Shown here: positions 40,796 to 49,497 of the stretch, piece by piece
How positions within the stretch are numbered: the stretch's first letter is position 1
Layout of the letters: the number at the start of each line of letters is the position of its first letter
Assembly: GCA_963816185.1 (NCBI GenBank)
Contig: CAWFJJ010000001.1
Coordinates: 352,001 to 416,000 of the forward strand
Direction: 5' to 3'
Source of the DNA: Thermoanaerobaculia bacterium
GTDB taxonomy: Bacteria; Acidobacteriota; Thermoanaerobaculia; UBA5066
DNA length: 64,000 bases
Position numbers and translations under genes: made by a program
The notes under the pieces: model-generated
What the model was told of the DNA's origin: nothing
The model's input: only the letters and a program-made list of their open reading frames with translations
Database searches by the model: none

Positions 40796-43663
40796 ATGCG
40801 AATCGACGCTTCTTCAACCGCGCAGGAGGGCGCCGTCCTCCGGAAGGCCCTCGAGGCGATCCTGCCGCCGGAACGGGTGCTCGATCGACCCGTCGAGCGG
40901 ATCACGCGGGCGGCCGATGCGAGCTTCTACCGCCTGATCCCGCGCGCGGTGGTTCTTCCCTCGTCCGTCGACGAGGTGCGCTCACTCTTCCGGCTCAGCC
41001 ACGAGGCTCGGATCCCGATGACGTTCCGGGCCGCGGGCACGAGCCTCTCCGGGCAGGCGGTCAGCGACGGTCTCCTCGTGGACGTCGCGCGCCACTTCCG
41101 CAGCGTGACGGTCCTCGAGAACGGCCGCCGCGTCCGTGTGGAGCCGGGCGCGATCGGAGGCGCCGTCAACCGGATCCTCAGGCCGTACGGCGTTCGGATC
41201 GGGCCCGATCCAGCCTCCGTGAACACCTGCACGTTGGGCGGAATCCTGTCGAACAACTCGAGCGGGATGTGCTGCGGCGTCGAGCAGAATGCCTATCACA
41301 CGCTCGAGTCGCTCACGTTTCTTCTGCCGTCGGGGACGCTCGTGGACACGGCCGCTTCGGATGCCGACGAGACCTTCCGGGCCGAGGAGCCGGCTCTCGC
41401 CGAAGGGATCCTGCAGCTCAAGCGCGAGCTCGAGAGCGACCCCGGCCTCGCCCCTCGCATCCGGGCGAAGTACCGGACGAAGAACACGTGCGGCTACTCG
41501 CTGAACGCGTTCCTCGATTTCGAGCGTCCCGTCGACATCTTCCGGAACCTTCTGGTCGGGGCAGAGGGGACCCTCGCGTTCATCGCCGAGGCCGTGCTCC
41601 GGACCGTGGCGGACCTGCCGGTGAAGTACACGGGCCTCCTGCTCTTCCCGGACCTCCATGCGGCCTGCGCGGCGATCGTCCCGCTTCGCGACGCCGGCGC
41701 GCGCGCTCTCGAGCTGATGGACCGCTCCGCCCTCCGGTCGGTCGAGCTCCAGCCCGGAGTCCCGCCGTCGATCCGGACCCTTCCGGGGAAGGCGGCGGGC
41801 CTTCTCGTCGAGTTCCAGTCGGCAGACGAAAGCCAAGAGTCCGAGCTCGAGGAGAGAGCGCGCGCGGGAGCCTCCGGCCTCACCCTCGTCGAGCCCGCCC
41901 GATTCACGCACGACGCGGCCGAGCAGGCGCTTCTCTGGAAGGTCCGGTCGGGCACGTTTCCGTCGGTGGGCGCCGCGCGCAAGAGCGGGACGACCGTCCT
42001 CATCGAGGACGTGGGCTTCCCGGTCGAGAGGCTCGCGGACGCGGCGGTCGATCTCACCGTGCTCTTCGCGCGTCACGGCTATGACGAGGCGATCATTTTC
42101 GGCCACGCCAAGGACGGCAATCTCCATTTCGTCGTCACGCAGTCGTTCAACGACCAGGCGGAGATCGACCGCTACGCCCGGTTCATGGACGACGTCGTGA
42201 CGCTCGTCGTCGAACGGTACGACGGAGCGCTCAAGGCCGAGCACGGCACCGGCCGAAACATGGCGCCTTTCGTCGAGGCCGAGTGGGGCCGCGCAGCTTA
42301 CGGGGTCATGAAGCGGCTGAAGGTTCTGGCGGACCCGACGGGGCTGTTGAACCCGGGGGTTCTCATCAACCCGGACCCGAAGGCGCACCTCGCGAATCTC
42401 AAGCCTCTTCCGACCGTCGAGGAAGAGGTCGACAAGTGCATCGAGTGCGGCTACTGCGAGCCGCAATGCCCGAGTCGCGAGCTGACGCTCACGCCGCGGC
42501 AGCGGATCGTTCTCCGCCGGGAGATCGTGCGTCTTCGAAGCTCGCGCGAAGACGGTCTCCTGGCGGCGGAGCTCGAGAAGGATTTCTCCTACGAGGCGCT
42601 CGACACGTGCGCCGTGGACGGCCTCTGTGCGACCGCGTGCCCGGTGGGGATCGACACCGGTCAGCTCACGAAGCGTTTTCGCAAGGCCGCGCATCCGGCG
42701 TGGTCGCACCGGGTGGCGCGCGGGGTCGTCCGCCATTTCGCGCTCGTCGAGAGGATTCTTCGCGCGGGCCTCGGCGCCGGGCATCTCGTCCAGGCGATCG
42801 CGGGAGCGGGCGCGATGCGGGGCCTCACGCGCGTCGTCCGCGCCCTGTCCGGCGATGCGTTTCCCGAGTGGGATCCCGGGATGCCCCGGCCGGCCAGCGG
42901 CGTCCGCCCCTTGACGAGCCGCGACGGCGCATCGGCGGTGTACTTCCCGTCTTGCCTGTCGCGCGTCCTCGGCGCTCTGCCCGGCGAGCACAGCGAGACG
43001 AGCCTGATGGAGGCGCTCGTCGTCGTTTCGGCGCGTGCGGGAAAGCCCGTCTGGATTCCTCCGGACTGCGCGGGCACGTGCTGCGGCGTCCCATTCTCTT
43101 CCAAGGGCTACGCGAACGCGCACACAGATGCGGTCTCACGTGCGATCGATCGCTTCTGGGCCTGGTCGGACGAGGGCCGCCTTCCGATCGTCGTCGACAC
43201 GAGCCCGTGCACGTACGGGCTTCTTCACGCAGGACCCTCTCTCCCGGAGGAGAGCCGGCGGAGATTCGACCGGCTCAGGATCCTCGACGGGATTTCGTGG
43301 GCGCACGACGAGCTGCTGCCCCGTCTCTCCGTGACGTCGCGGGTCCGCCGCGTGGCGCTGCACCCGGTCTGCTCGGCGGTGAAGATGAACCTGACGCCGA
43401 AGCTCGAGCGCCTCGCGGCCGCCTGCAGCTCCGATGTGACCGTGCCGCGCGAAGCGGGATGCTGCGGCTTCGCGGGCGACCGGGGCTTCCTCGTGCCCGA
43501 GCTGACGGCCTCCGCCACGCTTCGCGAGGCTGCCGAGGTGACGGCGGGCGCGTACGACGGGCACTTCTCGAGCAGCCGGACCTGCGAGATCGGCCTGACG
43601 CGGGCGACGGGCTCCGTCTATCGCTCGTACCTCCATCTCCTGGAGGAGGCGACGCGGGGCTGA
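40796..43663 (+). CDS. FAD-binding/Fe-S 2-hydroxyacid (D-lactate/glycolate) dehydrogenase
   Basis: FRAAGTSLSGQ, GHAKDGNLHF, KAEHGTGRNMA, CIECGYCE..CP and CCG domains. Confidence 0.9.
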   Translation: MRIDASSTAQEGAVLRKALEAILPPERVLDRPVERITRAADASFYRLIPRAVVLPSSVDEVRSLFRLSHEARIPMTFRAAGTSLSGQAVSDGLLVDVARHFRSVTVLENGRRVRVEPGAIGGAVNRILRPYGVRIGPDPASVNTCTLGGILSNNSSGMCCGVEQNAYHTLESLTFLLPSGTLVDTAASDADETFRAEEPALAEGILQLKRELESDPGLAPRIRAKYRTKNTCGYSLNAFLDFERPVDIFRNLLVGAEGTLAFIAEAVLRTVADLPVKYTGLLLFPDLHAACAAIVPLRDAGARALELMDRSALRSVELQPGVPPSIRTLPGKAAGLLVEFQSADESQESELEERARAGASGLTLVEPARFTHDAAEQALLWKVRSGTFPSVGAARKSGTTVLIEDVGFPVERLADAAVDLTVLFARHGYDEAIIFGHAKDGNLHFVVTQSFNDQAEIDRYARFMDDVVTLVVERYDGALKAEHGTGRNMAPFVEAEWGRAAYGVMKRLKVLADPTGLLNPGVLINPDPKAHLANLKPLPTVEEEVDKCIECGYCEPQCPSRELTLTPRQRIVLRREIVRLRSSREDGLLAAELEKDFSYEALDTCAVDGLCATACPVGIDTGQLTKRFRKAAHPAWSHRVARGVVRHFALVERILRAGLGAGHLVQAIAGAGAMRGLTRVVRALSGDAFPEWDPGMPRPASGVRPLTSRDGASAVYFPSCLSRVLGALPGEHSETSLMEALVVVSARAGKPVWIPPDCAGTCCGVPFSSKGYANAHTDAVSRAIDRFWAWSDEGRLPIVVDTSPCTYGLLHAGPSLPEESRRRFDRLRILDGISWAHDELLPRLSVTSRVRRVALHPVCSAVKMNLTPKLERLAAACSSDVTVPREAGCCGFAGDRGFLVPELTASATLREAAEVTAGAYDGHFSSSRTCEIGLTRATGSVYRSYLHLLEEATRG

Positions 43664-43672
43664 CGGTGAGGG

Positions 43673-44071
43673 TCAGGGCCAGGCGGGCAGGGAGAGGAGG
43701 CCGCTCGAAAGAACGAGCCTCAGGTCGCGATCGCGGAAAAGAAGTGCACAGCCGTTCTCCTCGGCGAGGACAGCGATGAAGCAGTCGATCGTCGATCGCA
43801 CGGTGACTCCACGCCGGCGAAGAGATCGGTAGAGATCGGCCCCTTTGAGATACGTCGACAAGCCCGAGGCCTCGAGGAACGTCATCTTCCGGAAGAACGC
43901 TTCCAGCGCCTCGCGTTCGCGTCGAATCCCCTGAAACACCTCGGCCACGACGATACCGCACGTGCAGACGTCATCTTCGCCTGCGAGGAGTCGGTCTACG
44001 GCGAGGGCCTCGGACGAACCAGTCCCGTTCAGGAACTCAACCCATGCCGAGGTGTCGACGAGGACCCTCAC
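43673..44071 (-). CDS. vapC: PIN-domain VapC toxin
   Basis: VLVDTSAW, AEVFQG, STIDCFIA and DRD motifs. Confidence 0.9.
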   Translation of the reverse strand: MRVLVDTSAWVEFLNGTGSSEALAVDRLLAGEDDVCTCGIVVAEVFQGIRREREALEAFFRKMTFLEASGLSTYLKGADLYRSLRRRGVTVRSTIDCFIAVLAEENGCALLFRDRDLRLVLSSGLLSLPAWP

Positions 44072-44274
44072 GACGGCCGGGGCCGCCTCTTCCGGAGCGC
44101 GTCGAGGTCGCCCTGCCAGCCGATCTTGCCCGCGAGTCTCCGCAGGCCACGCAGCGCGCGCCGGCGCGCGTAATCGCGCAGCGCGTCGTTGATCACGGCC
44201 GTCTTCGTCTTTCCAGGGTCCGTCTTCAGCGCTGCCGCGAGGGCCTCGTCGTCGATGTTCAGCGTCGTCCTCAT
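44068..44274 (-). CDS. vapB: VapB antitoxin (RHH)
   Basis: MRTTLNIDDE...TKTAVINDALR...WQGDL motif. GTGA overlap with vapC. Confidence 0.9.
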   Translation of the reverse strand: MRTTLNIDDEALAAALKTDPGKTKTAVINDALRDYARRRALRGLRRLAGKIGWQGDLDALRKRRPRPS

Positions 44275-44282
44275 GATCTGCC

Positions 44283-44322
44283 TCTCGATGCAGATTCTAG
44301 CAGCCAGATGTCTGCATCAAGA
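44283..44322 (-). promoter_or_regulatory. Inverted repeat over the vapBC -10 box, probable autoregulatory operator
   Basis: TCTCGATGCAGA (44283-94) and TCTGCATCAAGA (44311-22) match 11/12 and flank minus-strand TAGAAT. Confidence 0.55.
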
Positions 44323-44339
44323 GAAGAAGATATATCTAC

Positions 44340-44505
44340 TATCGGTGGCCCGCATTCGCGGGCCACCCGGAGATGGAAGGTGTCTCCCGAATGACCGATG
44401 TCAAGGGTCTTCGACCGCTGCGCGGCGCGCGGAGCGCGCCCTTGACTTCGGCCATTCGGGAAAAGATTTCGCTCTCCGGCGGCGGCGAATGCCGCCGCCG
44501 ATATA
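44340..44505. repeat. Palindromic dispersed repeat, copy B (intergenic, REPIN/MITE-like)
   Basis: Two inverted 10-bp hairpins (44344-44367 loop ATTC and 44477-44500 loop GAAT) flank a long GTCAAGGG...CCCTTGAC stem. Matches 6571-6697. Confidence 0.85.
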
Positions 44506-44531
44506 AGCAAAGAACCCTCTTGGTCCCCGCC

Positions 44532-46259
44532 CTACAGCACCGTCTCCCTCACGACCTCCTCGATCGACGTCATGCCGTCCTTGATCTTCTGGAGGCCCGA
44601 GCGCCGAAGGGAGACCATGCCCTCCTCGAGACCCTTTCTCTTGATCTCGATGGAGGACGCGCCCGAGAGAATGAGCTCGCGGATCTCCTCGGAGATCTCG
44701 AGCACCTCGACGAGGGCGACGCGGCCCTTGTAGCCGGTGTTGTTGCACTTCTCGCAGCCCTTGCCCTTCATGACCCGGATGCTCTTGGCGTCCTCGGCCG
44801 TGAACCCGAGCGACACGAGGACCTGGGGGGCGACCTCCGTGGGGCCCTTGCAGGCCGCGCACACGCGGCGGATCAGGCGCTGCGCCGCGATGAGGACGAC
44901 CGACGTCGCGACGAGGTACGGCTCGATGCCCATGTTCATGAGACGGTTGATCGTGGAGGGCGCGTCGTTCGTGTGGAGAGTCGAGAGGACGAGGTGGCCG
45001 GTCAGCGCCGCCTTGACCGCGATCTCGGCCGTCTCGAAGTCGCGGATCTCGCCGACGAGGATGATGTTCGGGTCCTGTCTCAGGAACGACCGCAGCGCGG
45101 CCGCGAAGTTGAGCCCGATCTGGTCCTTCATCTGGACCTGGTTGATACCCGGCAGGTTGAACTCGACCGGATCCTCGGCCGTGATGATGTTCGTCTCGGG
45201 CGTGTTGATGCGCGAGAGGGCCGAGTAAAGCGTGTTCGTCTTGCCCGAGCCGGTCGGCCCCGTCACGAGGACCATGCCCCACGGCCGCAGGATGGCCTTC
45301 TCGAACTTCAGGAGGCTGTCCTTCTCGAACCCCAGCTTCGTCATGTCGAGCATGAGGTTGTCCTTGTCGAGGAGGCGGCAGACGATCTTCTCGCCGAAGA
45401 GCGTCGGAAGGACCGAGACGCGGTAGTCGAGCTCCTTCACCTTGCCCGTGAGCTTCATCTTGATCTTGATGCGCCCGTCCTGAGGCAGGCGCTTCTCGGC
45501 GATGTCGAGCTTCGCGAGGATCTTGATGCGCGAGGCGATGGCCTCCTTGAGCTTCGGTGGCGGGTTCATGACCTCGTAGAGGATGCCGTCTATGCGGTAA
45601 CGCACGCGGTACTCGCGCTCGTAGGGCTCGATGTGGATGTCCGAGGCGCCGCGCTTGATGGCGTCCGTGAGGATGATGTTCACGAGGCGGATGACGGGGG
45701 CCTCCTCGCCCTCATCGACGAGCTTCTCGAGGTCGATCATCGCCTCTTCGGATTCCTCGACGACCTCGAGCGTCGTGTCGGCCGTGTCCGTGACCGACAT
45801 CTCCTCCATGACCTTCTTGAGCTCGAGGGCGTGAGTCGCGCCGTAATGCTTGTCGATCGCGAGCTGGAGCGCGGCCTCGGACGCGACGACAGGCTCGACG
45901 TTGTACCCCGTCATGAACTTGATGTCGTCCATGGCGAAGACGTTCGTCGGGTCGGCCATCGCGATCGTGATCGTCGCGCCGGTCTTGTTGACGGGAAGGA
46001 TGTTGTATTTGCGTGCGACGTCGGCGGCGACGAGCTTGAGGACGGCCGGGTCGATCTCGAAATGCGAGAGGTTGATCGACGGGACACCGAACTGCGCCGA
46101 GAGCGTCTCCGTGATGTCGTCTTCCGTGATGTGGCCGAGCTTGACGAGAGCTTCTCCGAGCTTCATCCCCGAGGACTGCACTTCCTTGAGCGCCTCCTGG
46201 AGCTGCTCGTTCGAGATTAGCTTCGACTTGACGAGAAGGTCCCCCAGCTTCACGGCCAT
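44532..46259 (-). CDS. pilB: Type IV pilus assembly ATPase
   Basis: MshEN-like KLGDLLV/KLGEALV, ASDIHIEP, GPTGSGKT, LRQDP and a Cys zinc motif. Confidence 0.95.
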   Translation of the reverse strand: MAVKLGDLLVKSKLISNEQLQEALKEVQSSGMKLGEALVKLGHITEDDITETLSAQFGVPSINLSHFEIDPAVLKLVAADVARKYNILPVNKTGATITIAMADPTNVFAMDDIKFMTGYNVEPVVASEAALQLAIDKHYGATHALELKKVMEEMSVTDTADTTLEVVEESEEAMIDLEKLVDEGEEAPVIRLVNIILTDAIKRGASDIHIEPYEREYRVRYRIDGILYEVMNPPPKLKEAIASRIKILAKLDIAEKRLPQDGRIKIKMKLTGKVKELDYRVSVLPTLFGEKIVCRLLDKDNLMLDMTKLGFEKDSLLKFEKAILRPWGMVLVTGPTGSGKTNTLYSALSRINTPETNIITAEDPVEFNLPGINQVQMKDQIGLNFAAALRSFLRQDPNIILVGEIRDFETAEIAVKAALTGHLVLSTLHTNDAPSTINRLMNMGIEPYLVATSVVLIAAQRLIRRVCAACKGPTEVAPQVLVSLGFTAEDAKSIRVMKGKGCEKCNNTGYKGRVALVEVLEISEEIRELILSGASSIEIKRKGLEEGMVSLRRSGLQKIKDGMTSIEEVVRETVL

Positions 46260-46268
46260 GGGGTGATT

Positions 46269-47189
46269 CTAGCGGTTCGGGTTGCGGCTGGCCGATCGCT
46301 CCTCATCGGCGGCGCTCCGGGGCGAGAGAGGGGGTTTCGCCCCGGGCACGATCTTTCGCAGACGGGCCGTGACGGAGCCGATCGGCATCACCGTCTTGGC
46401 CATCACGGGGAGTCGGCGCGCGTCGTCCGAAAACCAGAGGAAGAGCCTTCCGCGATTTCGGTCCTCGGCGGTCTCGTTCTCCCGGAGCTGCGGCTGCACT
46501 TTGAATGCTTCGAAAACGCCGGCCTCGGTCTCGACTCTCTCGCGGTCGAGGATGGAGGCCTTGAGCTTGTAGATCTTGCCGCGCGAGAACATGTCGACGC
46601 GGATATCCTGACCGACGACGAGAGGCTGGGTCCTCAGGAAGTAGAACGAGGAGATGATGTCCTGCACGCGCTCGGGCAACGGGGTCCGGTCCTCCCGCCA
46701 GCTCGCGATCCGGCGCGTCAGGTCGAACTCCTCGACCTCGTCCGACTCGTAACGCCCTTCACGCGCGTGCTTCTCGAAGCGAAGAGGCTGGAAGTCGCGC
46801 GCGTCCACCCAGGTCTCGTAGAGGTCGCGCACGGGGTAGAACTTCGAGACGTAGTCGTTCGAGGTCGCGACGAGGGCGATCCGGTGCACCGGCACGCCGT
46901 CCGTCGAGGTCACGCGCGACGTCCTGAGCGTCATTTCACCGCCTTCGATCTTCAGCCACGCGATCGTGTAGACGAGCGTCTCACCGTCGCCGAAGGGCAC
47001 GGGGTAGAGCCGGTCACGCGGGAGCGACTCGCGAGCAGCCGAGATCGTCGGGCCCTTCTCGACGGTGCCGGCGGCGCGCCCGCCCGCGAGGACGGCGAGC
47101 GCGGAGGCGGCCGCGAGAATGCCGGCGACGGCGCGCGCGCGCGGCCACACCTTATGCGAGGAGACGGCTGACGGCTTCAATGAGGGCAT
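46269..47189 (-). CDS. DUF3108 domain exported protein
   Basis: PFGDGETLVY...FYPVRD...QDIISSFYFLR...WFSDDARRLPV pattern. Confidence 0.75.
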   Translation of the reverse strand: MPSLKPSAVSSHKVWPRARAVAGILAAASALAVLAGGRAAGTVEKGPTISAARESLPRDRLYPVPFGDGETLVYTIAWLKIEGGEMTLRTSRVTSTDGVPVHRIALVATSNDYVSKFYPVRDLYETWVDARDFQPLRFEKHAREGRYESDEVEEFDLTRRIASWREDRTPLPERVQDIISSFYFLRTQPLVVGQDIRVDMFSRGKIYKLKASILDRERVETEAGVFEAFKVQPQLRENETAEDRNRGRLFLWFSDDARRLPVMAKTVMPIGSVTARLRKIVPGAKPPLSPRSAADEERSASRNPNR

Positions 47190-48258
47190 CGACGGGCCAC
47201 ACCGGCCCGGAACGATTGTATTCCGCGGGCAATTCCCGGAGGGCGGCCGTGCGCGGCCCGATCGGGCCGAAGCGCTCGACGAGCGTCGGGCCGAAGAGAA
47301 CGAGCGTCGGCGTGCCTGCGGCTGCCGCGAGGTGCGTGGGCCCCGTGTCGGCGCCCACGAAGAGCGCGGCGCGCGACGCGAGGCGGGCGGTGGAGGCGGG
47401 CGTCGTCGCGGGGGCGAGGATCAGAGGAAGAGGGAAAGATTCCGAAGAAGGGGATTTCTGAGAAAGTGAAGAGGGGAGGGGAGACGAGGACGAAGACAGA
47501 GACTTCTTAGAAAGGGTAATGAGCGCTTCCGCGCGGCTCTCTTCTCCGGGTCCCCAGCGGAGGACGGGCTGGATGTCTTCTTTCCCGAGCCATTCCGCGA
47601 ATGCCACGACGTCGCCCGCCGCCCACTCCTTGTTCACTTTCGAAGAAAAAGGCTGAAGCACCGCGAATCGCCGCCCGCCCATCTGGTCGAGCCAGGTGTC
47701 GACCGCAGCGTCTTCTCTCTCGACGAGGTGCTTGACGTCCGGTGTCCTCTCGAAGCCCGTTTTCCCCGTCACGTGCTCGGCGAGCGCGAGCATCTGGTCG
47801 GCGACGTGCGGGCGCGAGGCTCGATCGACGTCGACATGCTCGTCCGTGAACAGGCAGTTGATCCGCTCCGTCGCGGTCCGCCACCCGAATCCGACGCGGC
47901 GCCCGGCCGAAGAAGCTGCAGCGGTCACGAGCGCCGATTTGAAAAGCCCCTGTGCATCGACGACGAGATCGAAGAGAGAGCCATGCCCGCTCGCGGTGCT
48001 CTTTTCTCCTCTTACCTTTCTAAGAAATCCCCGGATCTCTTCTCTCGTCTTCCTCCCGAATCCTCGGCGCCGCCAGCCGCGTGTATCGACCGGCACGACG
48101 TCGTCGACGAAGGAAGCGCCGGCGACGAGAGGCGCGAGGGACGGCTCGATCGCCCACGTGAGGCTCGCCTCGGGGAGAGCGGTTCTCAGCGCCTTCGCCG
48201 CGGGAAGCGCGAAGACGACGTCGCCGAAGGACGAGAGGCGCACGAAGAGGATCCGCAT
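47152..48258 (-). CDS. waaC: LPS heptosyltransferase I-like (GT9)
   Basis: RLSSFGDV, DAQGLFKSA and VGADTGPTHLAAA motifs. Confidence 0.75.
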   Translation of the reverse strand: MRILFVRLSSFGDVVFALPAAKALRTALPEASLTWAIEPSLAPLVAGASFVDDVVPVDTRGWRRRGFGRKTREEIRGFLRKVRGEKSTASGHGSLFDLVVDAQGLFKSALVTAAASSAGRRVGFGWRTATERINCLFTDEHVDVDRASRPHVADQMLALAEHVTGKTGFERTPDVKHLVEREDAAVDTWLDQMGGRRFAVLQPFSSKVNKEWAAGDVVAFAEWLGKEDIQPVLRWGPGEESRAEALITLSKKSLSSSSSPLPSSLSQKSPSSESFPLPLILAPATTPASTARLASRAALFVGADTGPTHLAAAAGTPTLVLFGPTLVERFGPIGPRTAALRELPAEYNRSGPVWPVDALIEAVSRLLA

Positions 48259-48301
48259 CCGGGTCCCGCAACCTTAGCAGCCGTTGGGCTATCCTTGGGC
48301 C

Positions 48302-48883
48302 GTGCTCGAGTCTCCCGTGCTCGTTCTGAACCGCGGCTTCGCGGCCCTGACGCTGACGGACGTCAAGCGGACGTTCACGCTTTTCTACAAGGGGCACGTG
48401 CGCGCGGTCCTTCCCGACTACACGACGTACGCGTGGGACGAGTGGCAGGACATTCCCGTCCAGCCCGAGGACGACGTCGTGACGACTCCGAATCTCGTGA
48501 TCCGGGTGCCCCGTGTCATCCAGCTCCTTTCCTGCGAGCGCTCGCCCCGCAACGAGGTGAAATTCTCCCGGCACAACATCTACATGCGGGACGGAAATCG
48601 CTGCCAGTACTGCGGGAAGCGCTATTCCACCTCGGACCTCTCGCTCGATCACGTGGTCCCGCTCTCCCGCGGCGGGCCCTCGAACTGGGACAACATCGTC
48701 TGCGCCTGCCTCCCCTGCAACGTGAAGAAGGGCAACCGCCTGCCCGAGGAGGCCGGCATGAGGCTGCGTCGCGTCCCGGGCAAGCCGAGGGGGACCCCGC
48801 TCGGCCTCCTGTCGCCTCACCGGATCCATCCGACCTGGAAGAACTTCCTCGACATGGCGTACTGGAACGTCGAGCTGAAGTAA
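48302..48883 (+). CDS. HNH endonuclease (McrA-like)
   Basis: VLVLN...FSRHNIYMRD..CQYCG...DHVVPLSRGG...C..CN.KK pattern. Confidence 0.9.
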   Translation: MLESPVLVLNRGFAALTLTDVKRTFTLFYKGHVRAVLPDYTTYAWDEWQDIPVQPEDDVVTTPNLVIRVPRVIQLLSCERSPRNEVKFSRHNIYMRDGNRCQYCGKRYSTSDLSLDHVVPLSRGGPSNWDNIVCACLPCNVKKGNRLPEEAGMRLRRVPGKPRGTPLGLLSPHRIHPTWKNFLDMAYWNVELK

Positions 48884-49047
48884 GAGAGTCGAAGATCCTT
48901 GACGGCCGACTTCGACGAACGAAGTCCCCTGACTGCACGGAAAGGTGCATCCGACTTCCCACGGGGGACGGAAGCTCGGGACCGGATCGACGGCTAAACC
49001 CTTCTGCACAAACTGCTTATATCCTGGCGTGACCTTACTCGTGTGCG

Positions 49048-49062
49048 TGGCAGCGGGGTTGC
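49048..49062 (+). promoter_or_regulatory. Candidate sigma-54 (-24/-12) promoter
   Basis: TGGCAGCGGGGTTGC fits GG-N10-GC, about 60 nt upstream of 49123. Confidence 0.45.
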
Positions 49063-49122
49063 GCGGACTGTCTTGTCGGTAGGCCCCGAACCGGCCACAG
49101 AAACAGGGGAATGGAGAAAAAG

Positions 49123-49416
49123 ATGAAGAAGACCCTTTCCGCACTCGTTGCTGTTGCCCTCCTGTCGCTGGGCGTTGCCTTCGCAGACGAAGCGAAGACC
49201 GAGACGAAGACCGAGGCCAAGACGACGACCAGCCCCGTCACGGGCGCCACGACCGAAAAGGCCTCGACGACGACCGAGACCAAGACTCCGCACAAGACGA
49301 CCCACAAGAAGACGACCCACAAGAAGGTCACGAAGAAGAGCGGCGCCACCAAGAGCGAGACCACGAAGACCGAGGCGACGACTGCCTCGACGCCCGCCCC
49401 CGCCGCCACGAAGTAA
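49123..49416 (+). CDS. Small exported Lys/Thr/His-rich low-complexity protein (Asr-like composition)
   Basis: SD GGAG, signal peptide ending AFA, and repeats TKTE and TTHKK. Confidence 0.75.
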   Translation: MKKTLSALVAVALLSLGVAFADEAKTETKTEAKTTTSPVTGATTEKASTTTETKTPHKTTHKKTTHKKVTKKSGATKSETTKTEATTASTPAPAATK

Positions 49417-49443
49417 GCCTCAAAAAAAACAGCTTCGAGCTTC

Positions 49444-49474
49444 AACGCCCGGGTCTCGTACCCGGGCGTTTTTT
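49444..49474 (+). terminator. Rho-independent terminator
   Basis: AACGCCCGGGT-loop-ACCCGGGCGTT followed by a T run. Confidence 0.85.
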
Positions 49475-49497
49475 CATTCAGAGGTGAACGAGGGCTG

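Noticed and set aside
38597-43123. Long antisense or alternate-frame ORFs (e.g. 38597..40708, 40982..43123, 49519..51750, 55995..58319)
   Set aside because: These are shadow ORFs expected at high GC opposite well-supported genes, with Arg/Ala/Gly-rich translations and no motifs.
48302-48883. HNH gene as an IscB/Cas9-like RNA-guided nuclease
   Set aside because: It is under 200 aa, has no PLMP or RuvC motifs, and fits the common stand-alone McrA-like HNH family.
48955-49000. GGGACGGAAGC...GGCTAAACC resembling a c-di-GMP-I riboswitch
   Set aside because: The GGCAAA/GNRA P2 stem and the correct spacing are missing, so the resemblance is only partial.
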